DNA of 64,000 bases from Dimorphilus gyrociliatus (Eukaryota > Animalia > Annelida): NCBI GenBank assembly GCA_904063045.1, contig CAJFCJ010000012.1:2428810-2492809 (forward strand), written 5' to 3'. The first letter of the stretch is position 1; the number at the start of each line of letters is the position of its first letter. This document shows, piece after piece, positions 1 to 13,232 of this stretch. The notes beneath the pieces were generated by a model. The model ran no database searches and was not told where the DNA came from. It saw only the letters and a list, made by a program, of their open reading frames with translations. Position numbers and translations under genes: made by a program.

Positions 1-121
1 AGTTCCATATTTAAATAGCATTTATATATATTAGCTTTTACGCGCTAGAGATTATCTCTTCTGCTGAACTATAAGCCGACGATAAATGACTTAAATTGTA
101 AATGTTATACTTTACGTATAG

Positions 122-1579
122 GCTGACGTCGAGTTGAACAACTGTAGAGAACGTCTAAGTATGCTAGAAAGTGACAAATTGCAGTTACAAAGCGATCTTT
201 CAAAATCAACAATGTCATTGAAAAGTTTGGAAATGGTGGAAAGTCAAGTTGGTACTCACTTATTCAATAGAAAACACACTGGCAATTAGGATTGTTTATA
301 AAAACAATTATCATTCGCAAACAGGTAATCGATTTGAGAAAAACGTTAACGGATGAAAAACGAAACACAACAAAATTAGGTGGTATGCTTAAGACAGGTC
401 AGGATGCTCTAAAAGCTGAACAAGAGCGTGTTAAATATTTAGAAGATCAATTAAAAGCCAAGTCCGAAGTAAGTTTTGATGGAAAAACCAATTTTGTTCA
501 ATTGTTTTTTCTCGTCCTTTCCAATTCATGAAATTTTTAAGAGAGACGGCCTTTCGTTCGATTATTTATGTGTAAAACGTCTCTGAATTCAGGAGTTGAT
601 TACGTTGGCGAAAGAGACGCATCCGGATTGGGATGTTATCGATACGGTTGTAGAGGTATTAGGATGCATATAGAGAAATGTTTAAGTTTAACAAACGACT
701 AATATGATATAAACAAAAAGCAAACAAAAAACTTTGTACTGAACTCTTCTTCTTCTTCTTCTCCTTCTTCTTCCTCTTTTTCTTCTAACTATTATTATTA
801 TTATTTTTACTTTCCTTGCATATCTCTTTCAAGCGAAACCGGGAAATGTTCAGCGAAAACTCTCATCCAGATTTCTTCTATTCTCTATAGTAACTGTTCT
901 ATGTTTCATGCCTGTTTCGTATTTTCCTTTTAAAGTTTTCTTTTATCTGTCTGGTGAATGCCGTGTGTAGATAGATAGAAGAGTGACTATTCTCGAAAAA
1001 GACTTTTAACGAGAAGACCGATCCAAGAGTGACAGTACAATGCTGTTTAAGCTTATTAACAATTTGTTTGGTAGAGAAACCCATTAGTCTGTAAAGCCTG
1101 AACCTTGATTTTTTTTGAAGTCCTAGCTAATATTACAACTCTCTGCTTCTAATACGCCTATATTTATATACAAGATAGCTAAATTTAGAGGTTTTATTGA
1201 GGAGATTAGCCGAGTAACGACTGTTTCTTTTTGAATAGGGTTTGAATAGTGGGGAGACTGAAAAGAAAATCGATGAGGTAATGATTATTAGATAAATTTG
1301 AATGTGAATGGAAAAAATCTATGAGATTTTCATTGTTTTGTTTTTTTTTTCCCCACGTTACCCAGTTGCACGAAAAATTGGAAATGACTCAACGGGAGCT
1401 GCAAGACGAAATAAAAGCTAATCAACATTTATCTGGTAGATTAGTGAGTGAATAATAAAATAAGAGAGTGCTGCGAAAGGAATTGAATGATAATAAAATT
1501 TTGTTTTTTTTTTCTTTCCTCTCTTCCAACTTTTCAACAGGCTTCGCTGGGGATTATGGTCAATAATAAGAAGAAGTAA
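122..1579 (+). CDS. 3' part of a multi-exon coiled-coil protein gene (5' end outside the window)
   Basis: Phase-0 GT-AG exons 122-247, 325-468, 593-655, 1239-1277, 1366-1443 and 1541-1579 join in frame (ADVELNNCRERLSMLESDKLQ...VIDLRKTLTDEKR...LHEKLEMTQRELQDEIK...NNKKK*). The sequence is heptad-like and Leu/Glu/Lys-rich. Family not recognised. Confidence 0.7.
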
Positions 1580-2203
1580 TAATAATAATAAAACAATAAA
1601 AACTGCTAAAGAAAAAAAAATGAAGTAAGAAATGAGAAGAGGACGGCTGGAAAAAAAATATTAGATGAAATATATAGAAAATTACTGGAAAATAGATAAA
1701 AAAATTGATAAAAAATAGATAAAATTTATAAATAATCAACTAATTGAATATATTTAATGCTAATATATAAGAAAAGAAATGAATATAGATACGTAATGTA
1801 TAATTTATTAAACAAAATGTTCCTAGGGGTATTTATTCGAAGAAATATTGGCTCAAGACATCAATTTAGACTTGTGTTATGAAATGTTCTGTTTCAATTC
1901 GTTGCATGTATTAACGATGATGATTATGATGGTGGTGATGTTGTTGTTATTATTATATACTATATTTATTAAAACAAAAAAAAACAAAAAGACTAAATAC
2001 ACTGCTTCCTTATATCATGTTGAATACTGGCTAGATGTCGCTAGTTTAACTTTTTTGTAAGAAATTATGAATATTCAAGATAACGATTACCGATAATCGG
2101 CCTACCGCCGGCCGCACTAGGAGACAGCAACAACAACATGGCAGTATGTTGTCGGATAAGGAGAATTTTGCAGTTTTGTAGAAAATGTCTTTAAATGTAG
2201 AAA

Positions 2204-5200
2204 ATGTCTTTAAATTGGTCGGATAACGATTACTTTGTACGGCTTTTAAAGGCCGATAAACGCGGTTACGCCGCCTTAGAATGCCTCGTCGACGATCTTC
2301 ACGTGGATAAAGATCGTACAATCGGCAAATTATTAAGACATTCAGGTTCTGAGGATTTTTTATGGGCCCTCGTTAAACTACTAGGTGACCCAAATTCAAG
2401 GTTAGTCTATCATTGTACTAAATGTTAGTAATATAAAAATATATCTATAAATATATATCCGTGCGGCAAGTGTGTGAAATCAACAGCAAAATCAATAATA
2501 ACAGAAGGGATTGAATTTTTGTTTGGCAGATTGATTTTCTCATTTTAATTCCTTTTTATCCTTTTGATCTAACGAGAAAAATCTTTGTACGTTAATTAGC
2601 CAAAGTATTATTAATAATCAAGTGATATTTATTTGTTATTTAGCTATAAATTTATTAATTATTATTTACTCAGCCATATTCTTCTTATATATTTCAATAT
2701 ACCATAAAGCTTTACAAGAATCTCTCTACTGCCTAAATTCATTCAAGCTACTTGAACAATAATGGATTATAGAAACTCTCCTACAACCGATTTAAGCTTT
2801 AAGATTAAACTAATCTGATTTAGTGGTAAAAATAGCATAGTTTTTAGGGAATAGTGAAAGAGAAAGACTGATGATTGACACTCTAATTGTTGAATATCCT
2901 GAATCTTCTTCCTCTTCTTTTCAGGGTTGCTGGCAACGCCGCTTATATATTGGGAACTCTAGCCGAAAATGAACTTGGCTACCTTCGAGTCATCTCACTC
3001 ATCAACTCAAAATGCGCGGAAAGTAGACGGATACTATCCGACCTAACTAATATGTTGACCTTCGACGACTCGGAAAGCGTTATGAACGCAGCTGGAACTA
3101 TAGGTGGGCATTTCTGGGTCTTTGTTAATTTTCTATCAGATTTTTCCTTTGTTTCTTTGTGTTTCAGTGTAATGTTATAGATTTATTGAGTTGAGTATAC
3201 ACTTTAATCTATTTATATTTAGTTTAATTGTCATACAAATATATTAAAATTGCTATCAATTTACTTTACCACACACTTTCTATTTATACTAGTCTTTTCT
3301 TTATTCGTTTCTTCAGGAACCCTCGCCGAAAGTCCGGAAGGTAGGGAGTGGATGCTAAGGCAAGACTGCTTGGACGATACTATCGACCGTATTACGAATC
3401 TACTATCGCACAATAATCTTTGGACGGCTAGCAACGCTGCCTTAGTCTTAGCTAGAATTACCATCTCGGAAGACGGCTGCGAACGTCTGCTTTGCCATTC
3501 GAATTCCTCTTCGATTCTTACTAATCTAATACTTTCGTTGGGTGTCGACGAAGCGGGAAGGGGTATGAACGCCGCTTTTGCCGTTGGACGCCTGTGCGAT
3601 ACCGATAAGGGTAGGCATAAACTCCTATCGTTACCAGAGTCCGAAAAGATGATAAGTTCACTATCCAAAATGCTATGCTGTAACGATTCGGGAGCGTCGA
3701 AGAACGCCTGCTTCGCTATAAGTTGTCTAGCCACAAATCCAATGGGACATTCTCGACTATTAGAAAATCAAAGATCGGAAACGGTTTTAAAGACTTTAGC
3801 CGAACTGTTGTGCGCCGAAGATTCGGAGACTGCCTGGTTTTCTGCTATGACCCTACATACTTTAGCTAGTCAGCCGAAGGGTTGCCTTAGGTTAAGGAAG
3901 ACGAGCGACGTTACCAACTCCCTCAAGTCAATAGCCCAATCGGAGATGAGCGAACATAAGTAAGTAAACTCGAATGCATCACAAACAGAATGTTCAATAA
4001 ACTTTGTTTTACCTCTTATCCAGGGAAGATTTAAAGGAGGAGGTAAATAAGACTCTGGCCATTCTCAAGAGGTTAGACAAAGCCGAACCGCCTGACATTG
4101 AACGTAAGTTGTTAAGTAAACACAAATGCTTTATGATATGTTAATGAGATTTTGAATTGCAGAGGAGTCGTTCGAGAAAGTCCTAGTTAAATGGAAAGAG
4201 TCAAAAACAAATTCTGGACTCAAAGTAAAATATCAATTGTTTTTAGGTAAGTGATTAATCAATGAAAAATTCAACTTGAACATAATTAATCATTCAAATA
4301 TCAAGAATAATCCATTTTTTATCTTCATTGCCCCTGTCTTTTTTTTCATTCTTATCAAATAGTAAAATGCACTTAAAGTATACTTGATATTCTAGTTATT
4401 TATTGCTATTATTCTTTATCGAGTATCATCGTTATACAATCTAGACGGCTGTAGACCGGATTCTCTCTTATCAATATATCTATGTAGTTTTTGTTTGTTC
4501 AACGCCATCTAACGGTGGGAATTGTCACTTTCCCCCTCCCTCCGACCAATTGTTAGTAGAGAGAATTCTTAGTATTTAGGGGGGCGGGGGGAGTAACGGG
4601 AAAAAATGCGATTAATTGAACGCTTACGTTTAGTCATAGAAACTTATCTCTCCATATATCGATTATTTAATTGCTTTGTATTAGGTTCTTTTACTTGGAT
4701 ATGTACTTCTTGTCGATTCAATTATCTTTACTGGATATTGTTTGAAACGCCATCTAACGGTCAAAATAAAATATTCATTATAATAAGTGTAATATGCAAT
4801 TTTTATAAGATGTACTATGGAATTAGGTTAAAAAAAACCAAACTTTAATGAATAGTTAAAATAAAGCGATTAATTAACCTTTTTCAGACGATATATCTGT
4901 TTACAACGGTGAAAAAATTGAACACGTTCTTAACAAGCTACAACCTCATACGACTTATACTGTTCGTTTAAGAGCCTTTACGGAGGGTGACGAAGCTCCA
5001 CTTTCCGATCCAGTTAATTTTACAACAGCCGAAACTGTTCCAACTATTCCACTTAATTTTAGATTGTTAGTTCGAACAACAACACAACTTAAATTAGCTT
5101 GGGATCCTCCAGAATTTTCTAATGGAATATTAAAAGGATACTACGTTTATCTTGGGGAAAAACTATCCGAACATACTTACGAAACCAGTTGTATAGTCTC

Positions 5201-8082
5201 TAGTTTACAGCCGAGTACTAGTTATGACTTTAAAATATGTGCCGCGACGAGTAAAGGGAAAGGACCTTTTGATCAAATCACAGCAACAACTGCTGAGATG
5301 GGTAATATAACTATTATATATAAATATACAATTGTGTATTTCGAATCTCTATACCTAAACCATCGTATTTCCTATTCTATTTAATAGGCGCACACGCTCC
5401 AAGTAAACCCGAAGTTGTAGTTCTTGGACGAAATGAGTTAACTGTTTCGTGGAATCCACCAGAAGTACCGTTAGGGCGTATTTCTAGATATGATCTAGTT
5501 ATGAATAATAAAACGATATTTTCTGGAACGGATTTACATTTTCATGTGACCAGATTATCGCCTGATACTGAGTATACATTCCACGTTACAGCGGTGACTT
5601 CTGAGGGGAAGGTAAGTTTAAAATGACCGAATTAATAACGGAGAGCAGATTGTAAATCACATATTCATTCATTTTTTCTTTTTTGAACAGTGCGAAAGTA
5701 AAACCACAAAGAAGCGAACCGCAAAAGATGAATGTAAATATTCTCCTTCTCTATTCAATCTATTGCAAACTCCTTTTTCCTCTTATTCATTCATTCATTC
5801 ATTCATCAATCTTTTTAACGACATATTCCTTTCCAATCGATGTAGACGAAGGTGAGAGACAGCCACTTTATCAAACTCCAGTGAAAAAAGATGGAACAGA
5901 AGTCGACATTAAAGTTGATTCTCCGCCAAAATCTGTTAAAAGAAGGCGAAAATCAACAGCAACAGTTTGCTCTCAAGAAAATGTCCCAGCAGTTCAGACA
6001 ACTCCAAGAGTTAGTAGCGCAAGTGCCAAAAAGGTAAGACGGAAACAGAAATCTCATCATCTAGGCATTTTATTAAAGAAAGAAAAGTAGGACTAAAATA
6101 AGCAAACAAACAAACAAACAAACAAAACAAAAACAAATTATTAACAAAAATCACCGCTTTGCACTCGATGTGTGTTTTATTTATTTTCTTACTGATTGAC
6201 GAGAATAGGAGAGTGAGACCCTAGAAGAAAATGGATGAAAAATTAAGGGAAAGATTTAAATTGTTAAAGATCGCTAAAATAAACAAATAAACAAAGAAAA
6301 AAACATCATTGTTTTTAATGCACGGTGTTTGTGTGTGTGTGTGTTTTTTTCCCACTAATTTCTTAAACAAAATATTCAGAAAAACAACCACGTTCACAGC
6401 GCTTTGCCGAAAGCCAGATTAAAATTACAGGTAATTATATCTAACAGCAAAAATAATTCAACATTAACCTATCACTTGTATCTTTTAAGTATTTCCTTTT
6501 ATATATACTGTATTATATTTATATACTTTACATCTTTTCCTTCACTCTCTCTCTCTCTCTCTTATGCCACAACAACAACAAATACAATTACCATAACAAC
6601 CTAATTCTCTTGGACTAGTTGAATATATTCATTAAATTGTCTATAATCTCATTTCAGAAAGTTCGTGCAAAAACTCCAGATGTAACCTTGAAAAGGTCGC
6701 AGACAATGATAGGTATCTATAAAAACTAGATTGTTTAACGTATATCGGATAAAAGACTTTGTATTCATTAGAAAAACCTGTAAGCTTAGTGAGGAAAGAA
6801 AGTGTAGAAACAACTGTAACATCTAAAAGTTCTGAAGTTGAACAGCAGGAGGTAAGCGTTTGATTTTTTAGCAAATAATTAAACATATTCCCCATAAAGA
6901 TTTTCTTATCATTACAAATTGTTGTAAACAAATTATTAAACCAAAAACAACCTTATTGTTATATAATAAAGATTTGTAAAGAACTTAACGCACAACGTTG
7001 GATTGAAATGTTCGATTGGCGCACTACTTTACGTTGTTATAATAATTTTACAGAGGTAGTCGAAACTTTGTTGTGTGAACATTTTGTGTTTACTTATTTA
7101 ATTAATTAATTAATTAATTAGATAATTATTTTTTAGATAGAATAGAATTAATATTATTATTACTATTATTATTATTTAGTATTAATTCTTTGTTTTAAAT
7201 ATGTTATACAATAACTACTAACTTGTTGGGTTTTTTTTATATTTACCTTTACTTTCGTTTTCATCTTGTTTTATGTAGTTTCACACATCAACGATTTATA
7301 CCTTATTATATCTATTATTAGAGTGCTCCTGTTCCTAGAAGGCGAACGTCCATTTCTAAAAAGGACATAGAAGTCAGTGAAGAGGAAACTACTAGAGTTC
7401 ATTCCAAGTTAACAATGCCTAAACCTGAGTTTTTTGGTATTAAGAAACAAACTCGAAATAATCAATTTGAGCATCAAAATTCGGCTAATTCAACAAGAAA
7501 AGAATCTCAAACACCTTATCGCTTCGATATTACTCGAACTTTTACTACTTTCAATCTCTTGAGAACTGCCTCTCAAAACCGTCCAAAACCCGGTTATGCT
7601 GATGAAAATCAAGGTCAAGCTGAGAATCAGATGCCAAGCTTACGTAGAGCGGCGACTTTTGTTCAGAATAGCAGAAGAGATAGTGGCCTAAGCCGATCAT
7701 CTAATAATAGTAATTCTAATAATAACTATGTAATTGACGTTCCTGAAACAGCAGTGAGATCTGCGGCAAACCATACAAAATTTGTTCCAATGCAATTTAG
7801 AACTCAGCCGCAAAATTTGCCATCTTCTTTACACAGACAAGCTACAATGGTTAAGGGGGATAAATCAACGCAATGGTTAGATAATCTGCCAAAAAAGGAA
7901 GATCATGGCCATCTGACTGGTTTAAGTATGAAAACCAAGTAAGTTAACAAACATAAACAAGCATAATGTTTTTTTTATTTAACGAAAAAAAAACACGCAG
8001 AGTCTTTCAAAGCCGTCCGTTGCCAAATCAACTTCCGTCTTCGAGTCGAAAGCCTAAAAAGACGGTTGCTTTCGTTTCATAG
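2204..8082 (+). CDS. Armadillo-repeat + three fibronectin type III domains + basic low-complexity tail (intracellular, uncharacterised)
   Basis: Exons 2204-2400, 2925-3103, 3317-3959, 4024-4103, 4163-4246, 4888-5301, 5388-5611, 5691-5733, ~5847-6033, ~6658-6712, ~6771-6851, 6972-7055, 7322-~7939 and 8001-8082 join in frame. ARM-like repeats (VAGNAAYILGTLA, ASNAALVLARI, GMNAAFAVGRL, SKNACFAISCL) are followed by FN3 motifs (LQPHTTYTVRLRA, AWDPP..NG, LQPSTSYDFKI, SWNPP, LSPDTEYTFHV). No signal peptide. Exons in the disordered tail are less certain. Confidence 0.8.
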
Positions 8083-8788
8083 TGCCTTTATTACCTGTTT
8101 CATTAATGGGAAATAAGCGAAAATAAACAGAATAAATAAATAAATAAAATAAACTGATCATTTGGTTCTCTTTTCAGTTCCTTTTTTTTTTAAATGAAAA
8201 CAACAAATATTTGTTATACAAGAAACAATCTACCTTTTATGTTTTTCTCTTTCAATAAAGATTACTTAATTTCTCTTTTTGGGTTCGATTGATTCTGTAG
8301 AATAATTTAATTAATAAAATTTCTATGTAAATCTATACCTTCGCTAACGATCGAATATTCTAGTTAATTTGTGTGGGCGTATTCCAATGAAGAATTTAGA
8401 ATTGGCATTAAAAGTAAAAATTAAACAATTCATCGGGTAGTCAAGCCAACAATCCAAACCACCGCCTTTATAAGTGACTAATTACGGTCGATTTCATTGA
8501 ATTTTATGAAAAGACACTAGCGTGGGAGATATTTGTTTTTTATTTTTATTTTAAAATTAACATTTGCTATAGTGATAAAAAAATACTTTTTTATTCCCTT
8601 CGATACCCCTCCCTTAATCCTTTGTCAAAGATAGATCAGTAAATCTTTTCCGTTACGAGTGAAAGCTTTGTAGACGTTTTCCTTATGAAGACTTTTGAAG
8701 GATTTTGTGACTAGTTGATTTGAATACAGGGAAAAAAGTCCTATATCTAATAAAACTGTAAAATTGTCTATCCATTTTTCTTGTCGAA

Positions 8789-10759
8789 TTAATACATAAC
8801 GGGCCAAATTGACGGCTGTTCGCAAACGTCCTTTCCTGTTCCACAAACAACGTTGTACGTAGTTTTCGCATCAAAACCTAAAATTTGACGCTCTTCGTGT
8901 ATTCGAAAAGAGAATGTAGATAAATTTGTGCCAATAAAGAATCTGTAAACATTTCGATATACAGTGTAAATGTGTTCGAAAGAAAATCTATTAGGCAAAC
9001 GCTTACCTGGCATGAACACATATTAGTTGATCAATAATTGCTATTCCTCCGTCCGTAAATTTTTCGAGCTCCTCTTGAGTTGGTATGTATCTATATACTT
9101 CAAAATCTGGAAGACTTTCAACGAGTTCTCTGTACTCATTGTCCGGAGCGTCAGTAGCTACAAACAATTTCATTAGATCTTTATCAACTAGAATTTTTCG
9201 AAGTTGATGAGCAGCCCATTGAATTGACGGAACATCATCTTTGTGACCGTATAAAAAATCCCTCCTCCTTAAGTGAACTGCAACGTACGGTCCTCCTATA
9301 GCTTCACCGGGTTTTTTCTGGAAAAATTCAAAAATTTATTTAAAGAAAACAGTTGCAATCCTCTACCAACCACTTGTTTAGTCCAATCAGGATCTTGTAT
9401 AGTTTTATCGCTGTCGTCTGTTGATTGTAGCTTTTCCTTCCTGAATGAGTTAGCTGTGTTGACTAGTTCCTTGGAAAATCTCATACTTCTTCTTGCCTTA
9501 ATTGAAAAAGAGTGATAATATATATATATATATACAGTATAAATTTATGTATTTATATATATTAAAAAATAATTACAGTCCACCATTCTCTACTCCATTC
9601 CGAAAATCGACCGTGAATTAATTCTTCAGCGTGAAGAAGGAAAATTGACCTATTTCGTGAACATGCATTAAAAATAGAAAATATAGCATTCCCATATAAA
9701 ACAATATAATAATATCATGTGTCTTTGATGGTATTCACTAACTAATGATACAACTATATCTAATATTTAAATGTCATCATTGTGTTTACTATTTTTACCG
9801 TCCAATAGAAATACTCTCCAAAGCCGAAATGAATTAAATGTTCGGCACGATCAATTAAAACAGATCTATTATAATTATATAACAATAATAACATTAACAA
9901 TAATAATAATGACCCTCTTTGATTGAAAATTATTAAAAAAAACTTGCAAATTACCTAGCTTTTTCATTTAAAAGAAACTTTTTCATAGTGGCTATTTCGG
10001 CTTGAACCGATAAACAATCAAATTTTTCACCGTATATTTTTTCAGAATAACCAAAAAAACTCCACTTCCATTTACCGTCTATCTATTAGTAATAAACATA
10101 CAAAATTATAGATAACTGTGCAAAACCGACAAAACTTTTATTAACCTTTTCAAAGCCTGTTGGATCTAAACAATCTCTAACATCTATTTTTTCTTCCCAA
10201 CGACCTCCCGACCAACCTTCCTTATATCGTTGCAAATAATATATTTGTTCAATTTTAGGCTTAGAATCTTCTATAAAAACAAACAGAATAGATGAATGTT
10301 AATCGCTGAAAACAATTTTAGCATATAAAGACTTTTAATATAATCTTCAAATTCCATAACGGGAATATGTTTACTTAAACTTTGCACATCAAAGAAAGTT
10401 TTCCAAGGAATTCTACTACTTTTAATGCCAGAAGTTTGCCAATGATATAGACGACCCCAAGGTGGAAGAACTAACACCCACTTTTCTTTCTCATTTAAAA
10501 ATTTTATCATATTTGCCATTCTTATATAAACATCTCGCCTTAAATTAAATCCTTCCCCAGGATTAATATCGTACAGTAAGTATCTGCAAGTTATTGATTG
10601 TATAAATAATTCAAGAAACTTGTTGATGTTCGAAAAAAAGAATATCAACAAAATTTAACGAAAAATAACGTTTTCTTACCTTGTATCACTTTCTTCATTA
10701 GCATTTAAAAGAGATATGGAATTAAATATTAATATAAAAATGGAGAGACTTAGGATCAT
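8789..10759 (-). CDS. POFUT2: GDP-fucose protein O-fucosyltransferase 2
   Basis: The signal-peptide exon 10680-10759 ([20 protein letters not shown]) splices to [22 protein letters not shown]...[14 protein letters not shown]. The later exons give VHLRRRDF...LFVATDA...[37 protein letters not shown], which are hallmark POFUT2 motifs. Confidence 0.95.
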
Positions 10760-10963
10760 ATTTAAAAGAGATAGATAGCTATGGTTTATTAAATATATAT
10801 ATGAATATAGAGCGAAGATGACGGTCTACCAGTTTATTCTGAATATTTTGTTTTTTTCAATATCTACCAGTTTTTAAGTAGTTCAGGTGACTAATTTACA
10901 GGTAAAGTAACCTGTGGATAAGACTTGTTTTTAATTTGAAGATAATCAAAGTGATACTTAGTT

Positions 10964-11852
10964 ATGAAGATCTTGGGACAAATTTTATTAGTTTTATCCA
11001 TGGTTGCTATAGGTAAGGAGCTACAAATATATATTTATTTGTTTCAAAATATCAATAGAATCGTCTGTTTATTTTATACAATCTCTTTTCTATCTTCGAA
11101 TAGGTTACTCTTTGGAGTGCTATAGATGCCGGGAACAGAGGGATAATTCTGATTGCACACTCGAGAGACACCAATGCGCCGAATATCAAGATGCTTGTAC
11201 AAGCTACGTGAGATGGGGAGGTAAGACGATAATGCAAGAAATATAATACTGTATACTAACACAGATATACAGTATATATATACTGTATATAATTGATATA
11301 AAATTGGATAAAACTGTTTCATAGCTTTTACTAAAAAATAATATTTTAACTATAGTTCCATCAAAATGGACACCTAGAGGAGATCGAGTTCATTCTATAT
11401 CAAAAGATTGCGACACTATGCAAGGTTGCAATAGACGTCAGGCTGCCCTGCAGGTAAACAACAAGCGAAAAGTTTAAAAAATCTACCAGCATTAATCCAA
11501 TATGTTGTGTTGCAGATGCACTGCAGAAGGGACTGGTTTCACGATTGGGCCTGCGTTGAATGTTGCAGAGGAGATTTATGCAATCATTATATAACTGTAA
11601 GTTGTCTTAGCGAATAACCAAATGTCTTTTTCATCAAATTAAACAAACAAACAGAGATGCGACTCTTTGACCGGAAATTGTAACTATGTAATGAGATTTC
11701 ACGTAAGTTTCTATCTTCATTTCTAGAGAACGATAAATAATAATCAAATCTTTCTATCTTTACAACAGTCGGCTGCTAACAACGTCAAAGGAGAAAGTGG
11801 ATTATACCTGTTGCTTACCACATTTGGTTTTATTTCGTTATTCCATATATGA
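10964..11852 (+). CDS. GPI-anchored Ly6/uPAR (three-finger) protein; absent from the ORF track
   Basis: Exons 10964-11012, ~11103-11220, ~11357-11454, ~11516-11597, (11655-11702) and 11769-11852 give MKILGQILLVLSMVAIG-YSLECYRC...HCRRDWFHDWACVECCRGDLCNHYIT...SAANNVKGESGLYLLLTTFGFISLFHI*. This is signal peptide, LECxxC...CCxxDLCN and a hydrophobic GPI-type tail, with canonical GT-AG junctions and consistent phases. Confidence 0.88.
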
Positions 11853-12025
11853 AACTGTTATAGTTGTTTTCTTCTCTTTTTTTGTACTTACCTTTAAATG
11901 TTTTTAGAGAATTTAACCGATGATTTTATATTATTTTTATTAATACGTAAATTGTTGAAAAAAGGTGAAAAATTAAACAACGGATTTTGTTTTGTAAAGT
12001 GGAATTGTATTAATTTAAATTCACT

Positions 12026-13232
12026 TTAGAAATATTTTCTGAATTTTGCAGTAGTGTGAGGATAAACGATATCATCCAATGTTAGGGTGTAGCAATTCTG
12101 CGTTCCCATACTAGCTTTCTTGAAAGCTTTTACCACACGGCCATTGACTTTGACACTTGCGGCGTTGATATCATCTTGGACTGGCTTCATAAATTCATAC
12201 TTGTTGTTTGCAGTAAAGCCGAACAAACCACCATGATGTTGATCCAACAATTGACCTGGTTGAGATGTTTCCGACACTAGCACGTTCAAGTAACTTTTGC
12301 CATATTCCTGGACAGTTCGCTGAACTTGAATGGCAATTTTTCTGGATGATCCATGAACATGCACAGTTAAGGTCTTGTCGAGTTCCATAAGAAGAGAAGG
12401 ATCGCTTCCAAGTGTTACTCGTTGTACATCTTTCCAGCTTCTCTTGAAGTGACCAAGGCAGGAAATTTCTTCGGAGGTGGCATAAATAACACCCAAAGGA
12501 GTATGAATACGAATTGCTCCAATATAGAAATCATCTCTCAGTTTGCACATAACACTTACATCTAGCTTTTCATCGGTAATCAGTTCAAATACATCTCCAG
12601 CTTTTCCAAATAAGTCGTAGCAAATGTTCTCCTGAGTTTCTAGTCCATTTTCATTCAATCCAGAAACTCTTTGAATAATATGAGGATCATCGCACATTTT
12701 TGCTAAATCTTTAACTTGAGAAATATGATCGCATGGATCAACAGTAATCTGATCTTCATTGTTATTTACTATTCTTACGCAAGCAGCATGGAAATATATA
12801 TTTTCACGACAGTCAGGGCGATCCGAAATATTATCTTGTATATAGTTAATCGTAAAAGTGACAACAGGAGAACCTGGTGTCAACGTAACCGTCCAAGGAA
12901 AATTTTCGCTTAGAGAAAAGTCTGGATTAGGCGAGCCTGGCTTTTCAGCTGGTTCTATAGTACTGACGACTTCATTAGGATCTCGGCAAGTCAGGATACA
13001 TTGTACTTGATTACCATAATGTGTATCCCAGGCTCCTATAAGTCCGAATTTCACATCTTGGGAAGTTCCTTCGAAGCCCATACTCATTTCCTCATGAAAA
13101 CCAACTGAAAGACAAGATTATATTGATACTTCAATCTTTAGGAACAGATTATTCTCTATGATACTTACTTTTGCCATAGCACACATGTAAAGAAATGAAC
13201 ACGCAAAGAGCAATTGATTGAAACCACTTCAT
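12026..13232 (-). CDS. Secreted protein with an inter-alpha-trypsin inhibitor heavy-chain C-terminal (ITI_HC_C)-like domain, no VIT/vWA
   Basis: Exon 1 13169-13232 (MKWFQSIALCVFISLHVCYGK, signal peptide) joins exon 2 12026-13104 at phase 1. Motifs DDPHII...NICYDLFGKAGDVFELITDEKLDVSV and HHGGLFG resemble the ITIH C-terminal DPHF...ICF...G..G.IL.LVSD and HGLLGQF pattern. The family call is from memory of motifs. Confidence 0.7.

Noticed and set aside
831-890. Possible extra exon (RNREMFSENSHPDFFYSL) in the coiled-coil gene
   Set aside because: It ends in TAG or at a phase-2 donor that does not fit the phase-0 neighbouring exons. It cannot be supported without transcript data.
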